From positions 64,001 to 128,000 of the forward strand of contig JAWLBL010000013.1 of the NCBI GenBank assembly GCA_041687695.1: a stretch of DNA of 64,000 nucleotides. Direction: 5' to 3'. The notes under the pieces are model-generated. The model saw nothing but the letters and a program-made list of their open reading frames with translations. It was not told the DNA's origin and searched no databases. Within the stretch, counting starts at the first letter, position 1, and the number at the start of each line of letters is the position of its first letter. The stretch is from Myxococcota bacterium (lineage in GTDB: Bacteria; Myxococcota_A; UBA9042; PHBI01; JAWLBL01). A program made the position numbers and the translations under genes. Positions 40,517 through 48,814 of this stretch are shown piece after piece.

Positions 40517-41356
40517 ATGACCTTCCTGCCGGCCTACGCCATCATCGAACCCCGAGCGGGCGCCGCGCGGCGCACCGCGTGGATCCTGCACGGCATCCTG
40601 GGCTCGGGACGCAACTGGCGCGGCTTCGCGCAGCGCCTGGCCGAGGCGCTGGGCGACTGGGCGTTCGTGCTGGTCGACCTGCGCAACCACGGCGACTCGA
40701 CGGGGGCCCCGCCGCCGCACACGCTGGGGGCGTGCGCCGCCGACGTGGCCCGCCTGTCGCGCCACCTCGGGCGGCCGGTCGACGCGCTGATCGGCCACTC
40801 GTTCGGCGGCAAGGTCGCGATGGTCTTCGCGCGGGACGAGGCGCCGAAGCCGGCCTCGCTGTGGGTGCTGGACTCACCGCCGGGGGCGGTCGACGAGGCG
40901 GCGGAGCCACGCGAGACGCGCGACGTCGAGCGGGTCGTCGCCCTGCTGCGCGCGCTGCCGATGCCCGTGGGCGACCGGCGCGACGTGGTGACGGCGCTGA
41001 CCGGGGCGGGCCTGTCGATGGGCATCGCGCAGTGGATGACGACCAACCTCAAGCCGGTCCCGGGCGGCTACGGCTGGAAGTTCGACCTGGCCGCCGTCGA
41101 GACGATGCGCGAGTCCTATTACGCCGAGGACCTGTGGCCGCTGCTCGAGGCGCCGCCCGAAGGGACGCGCCGGCACGTGGTCGTCGGCGGGCGCAGCGAT
41201 CGCTGGAGCGCCGAGGATCGGGCGCGGCTCGAGGCGCTGGACGGGCGCGGCGCCATCGCGCTGCACACGCTGGCGGGCGCCGGACACTGGGTGCACGTCG
41301 ACGCGCCGGACGCGCTGGCGGGCCTCATCGAGGCGGACCTGCGCGCGCTGGCCTAG
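40517..41356 (+). CDS. Alpha/beta hydrolase (YbfF-like esterase)
   Basis: LHGILGSGRNW, VDLRNHGDS, GHSFGGK nucleophile elbow, AGHWVHVD; GAGGAG SD. Confidence 0.9.
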   Translation: MTFLPAYAIIEPRAGAARRTAWILHGILGSGRNWRGFAQRLAEALGDWAFVLVDLRNHGDSTGAPPPHTLGACAADVARLSRHLGRPVDALIGHSFGGKVAMVFARDEAPKPASLWVLDSPPGAVDEAAEPRETRDVERVVALLRALPMPVGDRRDVVTALTGAGLSMGIAQWMTTNLKPVPGGYGWKFDLAAVETMRESYYAEDLWPLLEAPPEGTRRHVVVGGRSDRWSAEDRARLEALDGRGAIALHTLAGAGHWVHVDAPDALAGLIEADLRALA

Positions 41357-43110
41357 GCGACGGAGGGGCGCGCCAGGCCGGAGCCGGTGCGCCGGGACTG
41401 CGAGCGCTGCCTGGCCACGGCGACCGCTTCGTCGAGGGAGGCGCACAGGCGCAGGCGCCCCGGGCGGTCCGTCACGCCCGCCTTGGCGAGCACGCGCGCT
41501 GGCTGAGGCTGCAGGCCAGCGAGGATCACCTTGGTGCTCGAGGCCGCGAGGCGCTCGAGCAGGCTGACGAGGTTGACGAGGCCGGTCGCGTCGATGGCGG
41601 GGACCGCGCGGAGGTCGAGCACGAGACAGCGGGGGCCGCCGCCGACGACCGCGAGCTCGCCCATCGCCTTCTGGGCCGCCCCGAAGAACAGGGGCCCGGC
41701 AATGGCGTAGACCATGACGTCGTCCGGCAGGTCCGCGACGGCGGGGTCGGCGTCGCGCCCCTCGGTGAGCAGGCGCACCTCGAAGACCTCGACCATGCGG
41801 CGCATGAAGAGCAGCGCGGCCAGGAGGACGCCGGCGGAGACGGCGACCACCATGTCGAAGGCGACGGTCAGGCCGAAGCAGGTCAGCAGCACGAGCACGT
41901 CGCTGCGGGGGGCGATGCGGGCGACGTGGACGAAGTGACGCACCTCGCTCATGTTCCACGCGACGACCAGCAGCAGGGCGGCGAGGGACGCCATCGGCAG
42001 GGCGCCCAGCAGCGGGGCGAGGGCCAGGATGGTGACGAGGACGAATAGGGCGTGGACGACGGCGGCCACGGGCGAGCGGGCGCCCGCGCGGACGTTGGTG
42101 GCGGTGCGGGCGAGGGCGCCGGTCGAGGCGAAGCCGCCGAAGAAGGGGGCGAGCAGGTTGCCGGCGCCCTGGGCGACCAGCTCGGCGTCGGGGTCGTGGG
42201 CGTCGCCCGTGAGGCCGTCGGCGATGACCGCGGACAGGAGCGACTCGATGGCGCCCAACATGGCGATGGCGAAGGCCGGGACCGCGAGGGCGCGCACGAG
42301 GTCGAAGGACAGCCCGAGGGGGCGGCCGTCGGGCCCGGGCAGGTCCCAGGGCAGGGCGAAGGCGGGCGCGGCCTGCGGGATGCCGCCGAAGCGGCTCTCG
42401 ATGGTGGCGACGTGGAAGCCGGGCAGGGTGCCGGCGAGGGCCTCGGCGGCCAGCGCGGCGAGGGCCAGGGCCACCAGCGGCGCCGGGACGCGCCGGCTGA
42501 CCCGGGGCCACAGGATGAGCAGCGCCAGGGTGCCGAGGCCGATGGACAGGTCCTCCCATCGGGTGGTCGGCAGCGCGGTGACGACGGCGGAGATGCGCTC
42601 GGCGAAGTGCTCGGCGCCCGACGGCAGGGTCAGGCCCAGCAGATCTTCGAGCTGCAGGCTGGCGATGACGACCGCGATGCCGGTCGTGAAGCCGGTGACG
42701 ACCGGATGCGGGATGAGCTGGATGAGGCGGCCGAGGCGGGCGGCCCCCATCAGCATCAGGATGACGCCGGCCATGGCGCTGGCGACGGCGAGGCCGCCCA
42801 GGCCGTAGACCGAGGTGATGGGCGCGAGCACGACGACGAAGGCCGCCGTGGGGCCGGAGACCTGGACGCGCGAGCCGCCCAGCAGGGCCGTGACGACGCC
42901 GGCGACCACGGCGGTGTACAGGCCGTACTGGGGCGCGACGCCGGTGGCGACGGCGAGGGCCATCGACAGGGGCAGGGCGACAAGGCCGACCACCAGGCCC
43001 GCGAGCGCGTCGGCGCGGAGGTCGGACGGGCCGTAGCCTCGGGCGAAGGAATCGCGCAGGGCGGCGAAGAGCCGCACGCGCGGCGCGATCGGGAGGGATG
43101 GGATGTTCAC
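41353..43110 (-). CDS. dauA: SulP/SLC26 transporter, DauA-like C4-dicarboxylate transporter with STAS domain
   Basis: ALPLSMALA, QYGLYTA, VSGPTAAFVV, GAIESLL, TGALARTATN, GPLFFGAA STAS. Confidence 0.85.
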   Translation of the reverse strand: MNIPSLPIAPRVRLFAALRDSFARGYGPSDLRADALAGLVVGLVALPLSMALAVATGVAPQYGLYTAVVAGVVTALLGGSRVQVSGPTAAFVVVLAPITSVYGLGGLAVASAMAGVILMLMGAARLGRLIQLIPHPVVTGFTTGIAVVIASLQLEDLLGLTLPSGAEHFAERISAVVTALPTTRWEDLSIGLGTLALLILWPRVSRRVPAPLVALALAALAAEALAGTLPGFHVATIESRFGGIPQAAPAFALPWDLPGPDGRPLGLSFDLVRALAVPAFAIAMLGAIESLLSAVIADGLTGDAHDPDAELVAQGAGNLLAPFFGGFASTGALARTATNVRAGARSPVAAVVHALFVLVTILALAPLLGALPMASLAALLLVVAWNMSEVRHFVHVARIAPRSDVLVLLTCFGLTVAFDMVVAVSAGVLLAALLFMRRMVEVFEVRLLTEGRDADPAVADLPDDVMVYAIAGPLFFGAAQKAMGELAVVGGGPRCLVLDLRAVPAIDATGLVNLVSLLERLAASSTKVILAGLQPQPARVLAKAGVTDRPGRLRLCASLDEAVAVARQRSQSRRTGSGLARPSVA

Positions 43111-43177
43111 GGAGCCACCTTCGGTGCAGCCGTGAGCTACACCTGCGGGCGGAAGGTGCGCCTTTGGGCGCCGAGAC

Positions 43178-43924
43178 TCAAGCCCGAGGTGGCGCGACCG
43201 CCAAGGCGGCGTGCAGATCGAGCGAGCCGTCGTAGAGCGCGCGGCCGACGACGACGCCGGCGATGAGCGGGGCGTGGGCGGCGAGGGCGGTGACGTGGCC
43301 CAGGTCGTGGACGCCGCCCGAGGCGAGGACGGGGACGCCGGCGGCGCGCGCGACCTCGAGGGTGGCCTCGACGTTGGGGCCGCGTCCGGTGCCGTCGCGC
43401 GCGATGTCGGTGTAGACGAGGCCGGCGACCCCGCGGGCGGCCATGGCGCGGGCCAGGTCGGCCGGGGCGGCGTCGGTGGTCTCGAGCCAGCCGGAGATGG
43501 CCACGCGGCCGCCGCGCGCGTCGACGCCGACGAGGACGCGGCCGGGCCAGCGGGCGGCGGCGGCGGTGACGAGGTCGGGGTCGCGCAGGGCGACGGTGCC
43601 CAGGATGACCCAGTGAGCGCCCGCGTCGTCCAAGCAGGCCGAGAGCGTGGCCATGTCGCGCAGGCCGCCGCCGACCTGGACCGGGACGCCGAGGGCGGCG
43701 ACGGCGCGGACGACGTCGACGTGTCGCGGGGCGCCGTCGCGGGCGCCGTCGAGGTCGACCAGGTGCAGGCGGCGGGCGCCGGCGGCGACGAAGCGGCGGG
43801 CGACCTCGACCGGGTCGTCGCTGAAGACGGTCTCGCGGTCGAAGTCGCCCTCGACCAGGCGGACGGCGCGGCCGCCGCGGAGATCGATGGCGGGGACGAC
43901 GGTGAAGGCGGCGGCGTCGGTCAC
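43178..43924 (-). CDS. hisA: ProFAR isomerase HisA
   Basis: PAIDLRGGRAVRL, LHLVDLDGA, QVGGGLR, YTDIARDG, ASGG, VGRALY. Confidence 0.95.
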   Translation of the reverse strand: MTDAAAFTVVPAIDLRGGRAVRLVEGDFDRETVFSDDPVEVARRFVAAGARRLHLVDLDGARDGAPRHVDVVRAVAALGVPVQVGGGLRDMATLSACLDDAGAHWVILGTVALRDPDLVTAAAARWPGRVLVGVDARGGRVAISGWLETTDAAPADLARAMAARGVAGLVYTDIARDGTGRGPNVEATLEVARAAGVPVLASGGVHDLGHVTALAAHAPLIAGVVVGRALYDGSLDLHAALAVAPPRA

Positions 43925-43931
43925 GGGGCGC

Positions 43932-44579
43932 TCACAGGGTGAGGAAGCGGCGCAGGAGGTCGTGCCCGGCGGCCTGGCTCTTCTCGGGGTGGAACTGGAC
44001 GGCGACGGTCGCGTCCCGGGCGTAGCCGGCGCAGAAGGTGACGCCGTGGGTGGCCTGCAGGGCGACGTCCTCGTCGCGGTCGGGGCGGCAGGTGTAGCTG
44101 TGGACGAAGTAGAACCAGGCGGCCGGGCCGCCAGCGCGCAGGCCGTCCCAGACGGGGTGCAGGCCGGCGGGGTGGACCTGGCTCCAGCCCATGTGCGGGA
44201 CCTTGAGGCGGCGCCCCTCGGCGTCGTGGAGATCCGGCGGGAAGCGGACCACGCGGCCGGGGACCAGGCCCAGGCCGGCGGTCGGGCCGTGCTCGTCGCT
44301 CTCGTCGAAGAGGATCTGCAGGCCCAGGCACAGGCCCAGGTAGGGGCGGCCGGACGCGACGTGGGCGCGGACCAGGTCGTCGAGGCCGGCGGCGGTCAGG
44401 CGCTGCATGCACTCGGCGAAGGCGCCCTGACCGGGGACGACGAGGCGATCGGCGCCGGCGGCCTCGGCGGCGGTGCTGGCGAAGCGCACGGTGGCGCCGG
44501 CCGCCTCCAGCGCGCGCTGCACGCTGCGGAGGTTGCCCATGCCATAGTCGAGGAGGGTGACCGCGCGGGTCGTCGTCAT
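43932..44579 (-). CDS. hisH: Imidazole glycerol phosphate synthase subunit HisH
   Basis: DYGMGNLRSV, PGQGAF, GLCLGLQ, VPHMGW, YFVHSY, QFHPEKS. Confidence 0.96.
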   Translation of the reverse strand: MTTTRAVTLLDYGMGNLRSVQRALEAAGATVRFASTAAEAAGADRLVVPGQGAFAECMQRLTAAGLDDLVRAHVASGRPYLGLCLGLQILFDESDEHGPTAGLGLVPGRVVRFPPDLHDAEGRRLKVPHMGWSQVHPAGLHPVWDGLRAGGPAAWFYFVHSYTCRPDRDEDVALQATHGVTFCAGYARDATVAVQFHPEKSQAAGHDLLRRFLTL

Positions 44580-44602
44580 GGAGGGGCTCGGGGGGCGGGG
44601 GC

Positions 44603-44968
44603 TCAGGCGCGGGCGTCGTCGGCGTCGTCGGCGTCGACGAAGGCGCGGATGGCGGCGCGGGTGGCGTCGTCGAGCTCGCCGAAGGCGATGCCCAGGCCGA
44701 GCTGCCCGCGGCGGGCGTCGACGCGGACGACGCGGCCGACGGTGCGCACCGGGTGGCCGCCGGGGAGCGTGAACTCGAGCTCGAGGCGGGCGTCACCGTC
44801 GATGACGCGGCGGTCGTCGTCGGTCGCGAGGATGTAGATGCCGTCGTGGCTGAGGTTGATGGCCGGATGCAGGTAGGTGCGGTCGGCCCAGATCTCCTGA
44901 ACGAACAGATCGACGGGGCGGCGGCGGCTGCGGCGCCGTTCGTCCGTCGTGTTCGGGGGGCTGCTCAT
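44603..44968 (-). CDS. Stand-alone PilZ domain protein
   Basis: ERRRSRR (RxxxR), NLSHDG ([D/N]xSxxG), LEFTLPG, GRVVR, LGIAF. Confidence 0.85.
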   Translation of the reverse strand: MSSPPNTTDERRRSRRRPVDLFVQEIWADRTYLHPAINLSHDGIYILATDDDRRVIDGDARLELEFTLPGGHPVRTVGRVVRVDARRGQLGLGIAFGELDDATRAAIRAFVDADDADDARA

Positions 44969-45016
44969 CGCGGCTGAACCTCGGGTCGAGAGCGCGTCGA
45001 CAAGGACGAGGCGGCG

Positions 45017-45046
45017 AGACTAGGGAGCCCGCCTCGGGCGTGTCAA
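45017..45046 (-). promoter_or_regulatory. Candidate sigma70 promoter for PilZ-hisH-hisA
   Basis: TTGACA-18 bp-TAGTCT on the minus strand. Confidence 0.5.
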
Positions 45047-45068
45047 GGTTGGCGGAAGGCGGCCGGGC

Positions 45069-46232
45069 TCAGGCGGCGAGGCCTTGCTCGAGGTCGGCGA
45101 GGAGGTCGTCGACGTCCTCGATGCCGACGGAGAGGCGGACGAGGCCGTCGCTGATGCCGAGCGCCTCGCGCTGGGCGGGCGGGATCGCGGCGTGGGTCAT
45201 GATGGCCGGGTGCTCGATGAGCGACTCGACGCCGCCCAGGCTCTCGGCGCAGGCGAACAGGCGGGTGCGCTCGAGCAGGCGGGTCGCGGCGGGCAGGCCG
45301 CCGGCGAGGACGCAGGTGATCATGCCGCCGAAGCCGCGCATCTGGCGGCGGGCGAGGTCGTGCTGGGGGTGGCTGGGCAGACCGGGATAGATGACGCGCT
45401 CGACGGCGGGGTGGGCCTCGAGCCACGCGGCGATGCGGGCGGCGCTCTGGCAGTGGCGCTCCATCCGGACGTGCAGCGTCTTGAGGCCGCGCAGGGTCAA
45501 GAAGCAGTCGAGCGGCCCGGGGACGGCGCCGACCGCGTTCTGCAGGTAGGCGAGGCGCTGGGCGAGGGCGTCGTCGCTGGTGACGATGGCGCCGCCGACC
45601 ACGTCGCTGTGGCCGTTGAGGTACTTGGTGGTCGAGTGGACGACGACGTCGGCGCCGAGGGCCAGCGGGGACTGCAGCATCGGCGAGGCGAAGGTGTTGT
45701 CGACGACCAGCGTCAGGCCAAGGGCTCGCGTGCGCTCGGCGATGGCGGCGATGTCGGCGAGCTTGAGCAGCGGGTTGGTCGGCGTCTCGAGCCAGACCAT
45801 GCGGGTGCTGGGTCGGTGGGCGCGGCGGACGGCGTCGGGGTCGGAGAGGTCGACGAAGTCGAAGGTCAGGCCGCTGTTGGACCAGACGTTGGCGAAGAGG
45901 CGATAGGTGCCGCCGTAGACGTCGTCGCCGCAGATGACGTGGTCGCCGGCCGCGAGCGTGTGCATCAGGGTCGAGGTCGCGGCGCAGCCGCTGGCGAAGG
46001 CGAGGCCGTGGCGTCCGCCCTCGAGCGCGGCGAGGCAGTCCTGGAGCGCGGTGCGCGTCGGGTTGCCGGTGCGGCTGTACTCGTAGCCCTTGTGGCGGCC
46101 CGGGCTCTCCTGGACGTAGGTGCTGGTCAGGTAGACCGGCGTCATGATGGCGCCCGTGGTCGGATCGGGGGCCTGGCCCGCGTGAATGGCCAGGGTGCCA
46201 GGGCGGTAGCGGGTCTCGTCGTGCTGCGACAT
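45069..46232 (-). CDS. Cystathionine gamma-synthase/gamma-lyase (PLP transsulfuration enzyme)
   Basis: YEYSRTGNPTR, DVYGGTYR, ETPTNP, VDNTFASP, HSTTKYLNGHSD, AESLGGVESL; metB vs mccB not resolvable by eye. Confidence 0.92.
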   Translation of the reverse strand: MSQHDETRYRPGTLAIHAGQAPDPTTGAIMTPVYLTSTYVQESPGRHKGYEYSRTGNPTRTALQDCLAALEGGRHGLAFASGCAATSTLMHTLAAGDHVICGDDVYGGTYRLFANVWSNSGLTFDFVDLSDPDAVRRAHRPSTRMVWLETPTNPLLKLADIAAIAERTRALGLTLVVDNTFASPMLQSPLALGADVVVHSTTKYLNGHSDVVGGAIVTSDDALAQRLAYLQNAVGAVPGPLDCFLTLRGLKTLHVRMERHCQSAARIAAWLEAHPAVERVIYPGLPSHPQHDLARRQMRGFGGMITCVLAGGLPAATRLLERTRLFACAESLGGVESLIEHPAIMTHAAIPPAQREALGISDGLVRLSVGIEDVDDLLADLEQGLAA

Positions 46233-46369
46233 CGGGGGGGCTCCTCGTCCTCGGGGTCCGGCCGCATGCCCTATCCCGCGCCGCCCGCGAGGTCAATCGT
46301 CGCGGCGCGCGCCGTGTCGGCAGGCCGCGCCCCGTGCCGCCGCGCCCGCAGAGCCTCGCCTCCGATGGA

Positions 46370-46398
46370 TTGACACGCCTCCGGGCGCGTTCTACACC
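46370..46398 (+). promoter_or_regulatory. Candidate sigma70 promoter for the lipoprotein-ABC operon
   Basis: TTGACA-17 bp-TACACC. Confidence 0.55.
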
Positions 46399-46547
46399 GC
46401 CCGGGACTCCCGAACCCCTCGCCCCGCACCCGCACCGGAGCCTCGCTCATCGCCCGCTGCATCGCCTCGAGCGCCTCGCCGCGCCGCACCAACCCCGCCG
46501 CCTCGCGCCGATCGCCGCGCTGGCGCGCCGTCGCCCTGGCCGTCGCG

Positions 46548-48110
46548 GTGATGGTCCTCGCCCAGCTGTTGGCCGCCTGCGCCGCCTGCGAGCAGCGCGG
46601 CGGCGACCCGACGCGCGTCGTCCCCGCCGACGCCCGCTGGGTCACCGTCGTCCCCAGCATCGCGCGGCTGCGCGAGCGCCTGACGCGCTTTCTGGCGGGC
46701 GTCGAGGGCGCCAGCGGCGTCATCGACCTCGTGCGCGAGCGCTACGGCGTCGATCTGGGCGACCTCGAGGCGCTCGGGCTGGTCGGCGTCGACACGCGCG
46801 GCGGCGCCGTGTTCTTCGAGACCGAGCAGGCCTTCGTCGTGGCGGTCGGCGTCTCGGGCCCCGAGCGCTTCCTGCAGCTGGTCGAGACCCGCGCCGTCAA
46901 GGGCGGCGGGGCGACGATCACCTCGGCCGGTGGCGAGCCCGCGGTCCAGGTCGCGACGGCCCCCGCGGCGGAACCCGACGCGGCGCCGGCCTGGCGCCTC
47001 GCCTATGGCATCACCGGCGACGCCGTCGGCCTGCTGGTCTTCGCCTCGGACGAGCAGGTCGACCCGCAGGCCCAGTGGCGCGCCCTCGACGCCGGCCAGG
47101 GCGGCTTCCTGGGGACGCCGTCGGCCCAACAGGCCGCGCAGCGGGCCACCGAAGACGCCGTGGCCTGGGGCGTCGTCACGGGCGCGCCACGCCTGCCGGC
47201 CGCGCTCGGGCAGGCCGCCAGCCTGGTCGGCCCCTACCTCGCCGGCCTCGACACCTGGACCGGCGTCGCCACCCTGACCCCCGAGCGCCTCGCCCTCGAG
47301 GTGGACGGACGCTTCTCGGGTCAGGGCAGCCTGCCGTCCGGCTGGTTCCGATCGGACGGGGCGCCTTCGACGTTGCCGGCCCTGTTTCCCAAGACCACCA
47401 CCGTCTACCTGCGCGCCGCCCCCGAGCTGGCCCGCCTGCAGGCCCTGCCGGGCTGGCTGCGCGACCGCGTCCTGCCGCCCGCCATCCCGGGCATCGACCC
47501 GAACCTGCTGCCGCCCACCTCGCAGCTGCTCGACCTCCTGCAAGGGGACATGGCCCTGGCGGTGCTGGGGCTCGACCCCGGCGCGACCGTCACGCGCATC
47601 GTCTCGCCCAACCTGCCGCTGTGGGCGCTCCTGCAGTCGGTGCACGTCGCGGTCGCCGCGCGGCTGCGCTCGCCGCAGGCCGGCCTGGCCATGGTGCAGG
47701 AGGTCGCGCAGACCGCCCCGACCCGCGGCTTCGCGGTGGCCCCGCTCGCGGGCGGCGGCTGGACGGGGGCCACCTTCACGTCGCGCGCGGGCACCTACGG
47801 GCTCCTCGTGCGCGGGGACGTCCTGGTGCTGGTCACGGGCGCCGGAGAGGCCGAACGCTTCATCGCCGTCGGCGAGGAGCAGGCCGTGAGCCTGGCCACC
47901 CTGGGGGGCGAGCCGGCGGTGGACGCCGCGCTGGGCCTGTCGCCGGCGACCGCGGGGGCCGTCGTCAGCTTCACCCGCGTGACGCGCGAGCTGGCGGACA
48001 AGGGCGTCCCGCCGTACTTCCTGAAGATCATCAACGACATCCGGGTCGTCGCCGCCGTGCTGCGGCTGCGCGGCGAGGGCCTGACGGTGACCCTGGACGT
48101 GGCGCTGTGA
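46548..48110 (+). CDS. Uncharacterised lipoprotein (possibly DUF3352-like); true start probably upstream of 46548
   Basis: LLAAC lipobox; frame open upstream to an ATC at 46449; stop overlaps the ABC ATPase start (GTGA). Confidence 0.7.
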   Translation: MMVLAQLLAACAACEQRGGDPTRVVPADARWVTVVPSIARLRERLTRFLAGVEGASGVIDLVRERYGVDLGDLEALGLVGVDTRGGAVFFETEQAFVVAVGVSGPERFLQLVETRAVKGGGATITSAGGEPAVQVATAPAAEPDAAPAWRLAYGITGDAVGLLVFASDEQVDPQAQWRALDAGQGGFLGTPSAQQAAQRATEDAVAWGVVTGAPRLPAALGQAASLVGPYLAGLDTWTGVATLTPERLALEVDGRFSGQGSLPSGWFRSDGAPSTLPALFPKTTTVYLRAAPELARLQALPGWLRDRVLPPAIPGIDPNLLPPTSQLLDLLQGDMALAVLGLDPGATVTRIVSPNLPLWALLQSVHVAVAARLRSPQAGLAMVQEVAQTAPTRGFAVAPLAGGGWTGATFTSRAGTYGLLVRGDVLVLVTGAGEAERFIAVGEEQAVSLATLGGEPAVDAALGLSPATAGAVVSFTRVTRELADKGVPPYFLKIINDIRVVAAVLRLRGEGLTVTLDVAL

Positions 48111-48814
48111 TCCGGCTGACGGACGTCCACAAGCACTACCGCGAGGGCTCGCAGGACAACCACGTCCTGCGCGGGGTCGGCTTCGAGATCGAGCAGGGCG
48201 AGATGGTGGCCCTGATGGGCACCAGCGGCAGCGGCAAGTCGACGCTGCTCAACATCATCGGCGCCCTCGACCAGCACTACACCGGCCGGGTCGAGGTGTG
48301 CGGCCAGGATCTGCGGGCGATGAAGGACAAGGCGCTCAGCCGGTTCCGCAACCGCACGGTCTCGTTCGTCTTCCAGCACTTCCACCTGCTCAGCCACCTG
48401 CCGGTGGTCGACAACGTGTTGATGCCCAGCTGGTTCGATCCGCAGCGCAGCGAGCGCGATCTGTCGGTCAAGGCGGCGGAGGTGCTCGAGCGCGTGGGCC
48501 TCGGCCACAAGCTGCGCCAGCACACCAACCACCTGTCCGGCGGCGAGAAGCAGCGCGTCGCCATCGCGCGCGCCATCTTCAACGAGCCGCGCATCCTCCT
48601 GTGCGACGAGCCCACCGGCGCCCTCGACAGCGCCAACGGCGCGCGGGTCATGGAGCTGTTCCGGGACCTCAACGCGCAGGACCAGCTGACCGTGCTCGTC
48701 GTCACCCACGACCCGCTGGTCGCCGGGCAGTGCCAGCGCGTCATCCACATCCGCGACGGCCTCATCGTCCCGGGCCCGGACCCCTCGATGCAGCCCGATC
48801 CGGAGGCCGTCTGA
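48107..48814 (+). CDS. ABC transporter ATP-binding protein, LolD/MacB-type
   Basis: GTSGSGKST, FVFQHFHL, LSGGEKQRVAIARA, LCDEPTGALD, VTHD. Confidence 0.93.
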   Translation: MIRLTDVHKHYREGSQDNHVLRGVGFEIEQGEMVALMGTSGSGKSTLLNIIGALDQHYTGRVEVCGQDLRAMKDKALSRFRNRTVSFVFQHFHLLSHLPVVDNVLMPSWFDPQRSERDLSVKAAEVLERVGLGHKLRQHTNHLSGGEKQRVAIARAIFNEPRILLCDEPTGALDSANGARVMELFRDLNAQDQLTVLVVTHDPLVAGQCQRVIHIRDGLIVPGPDPSMQPDPEAV

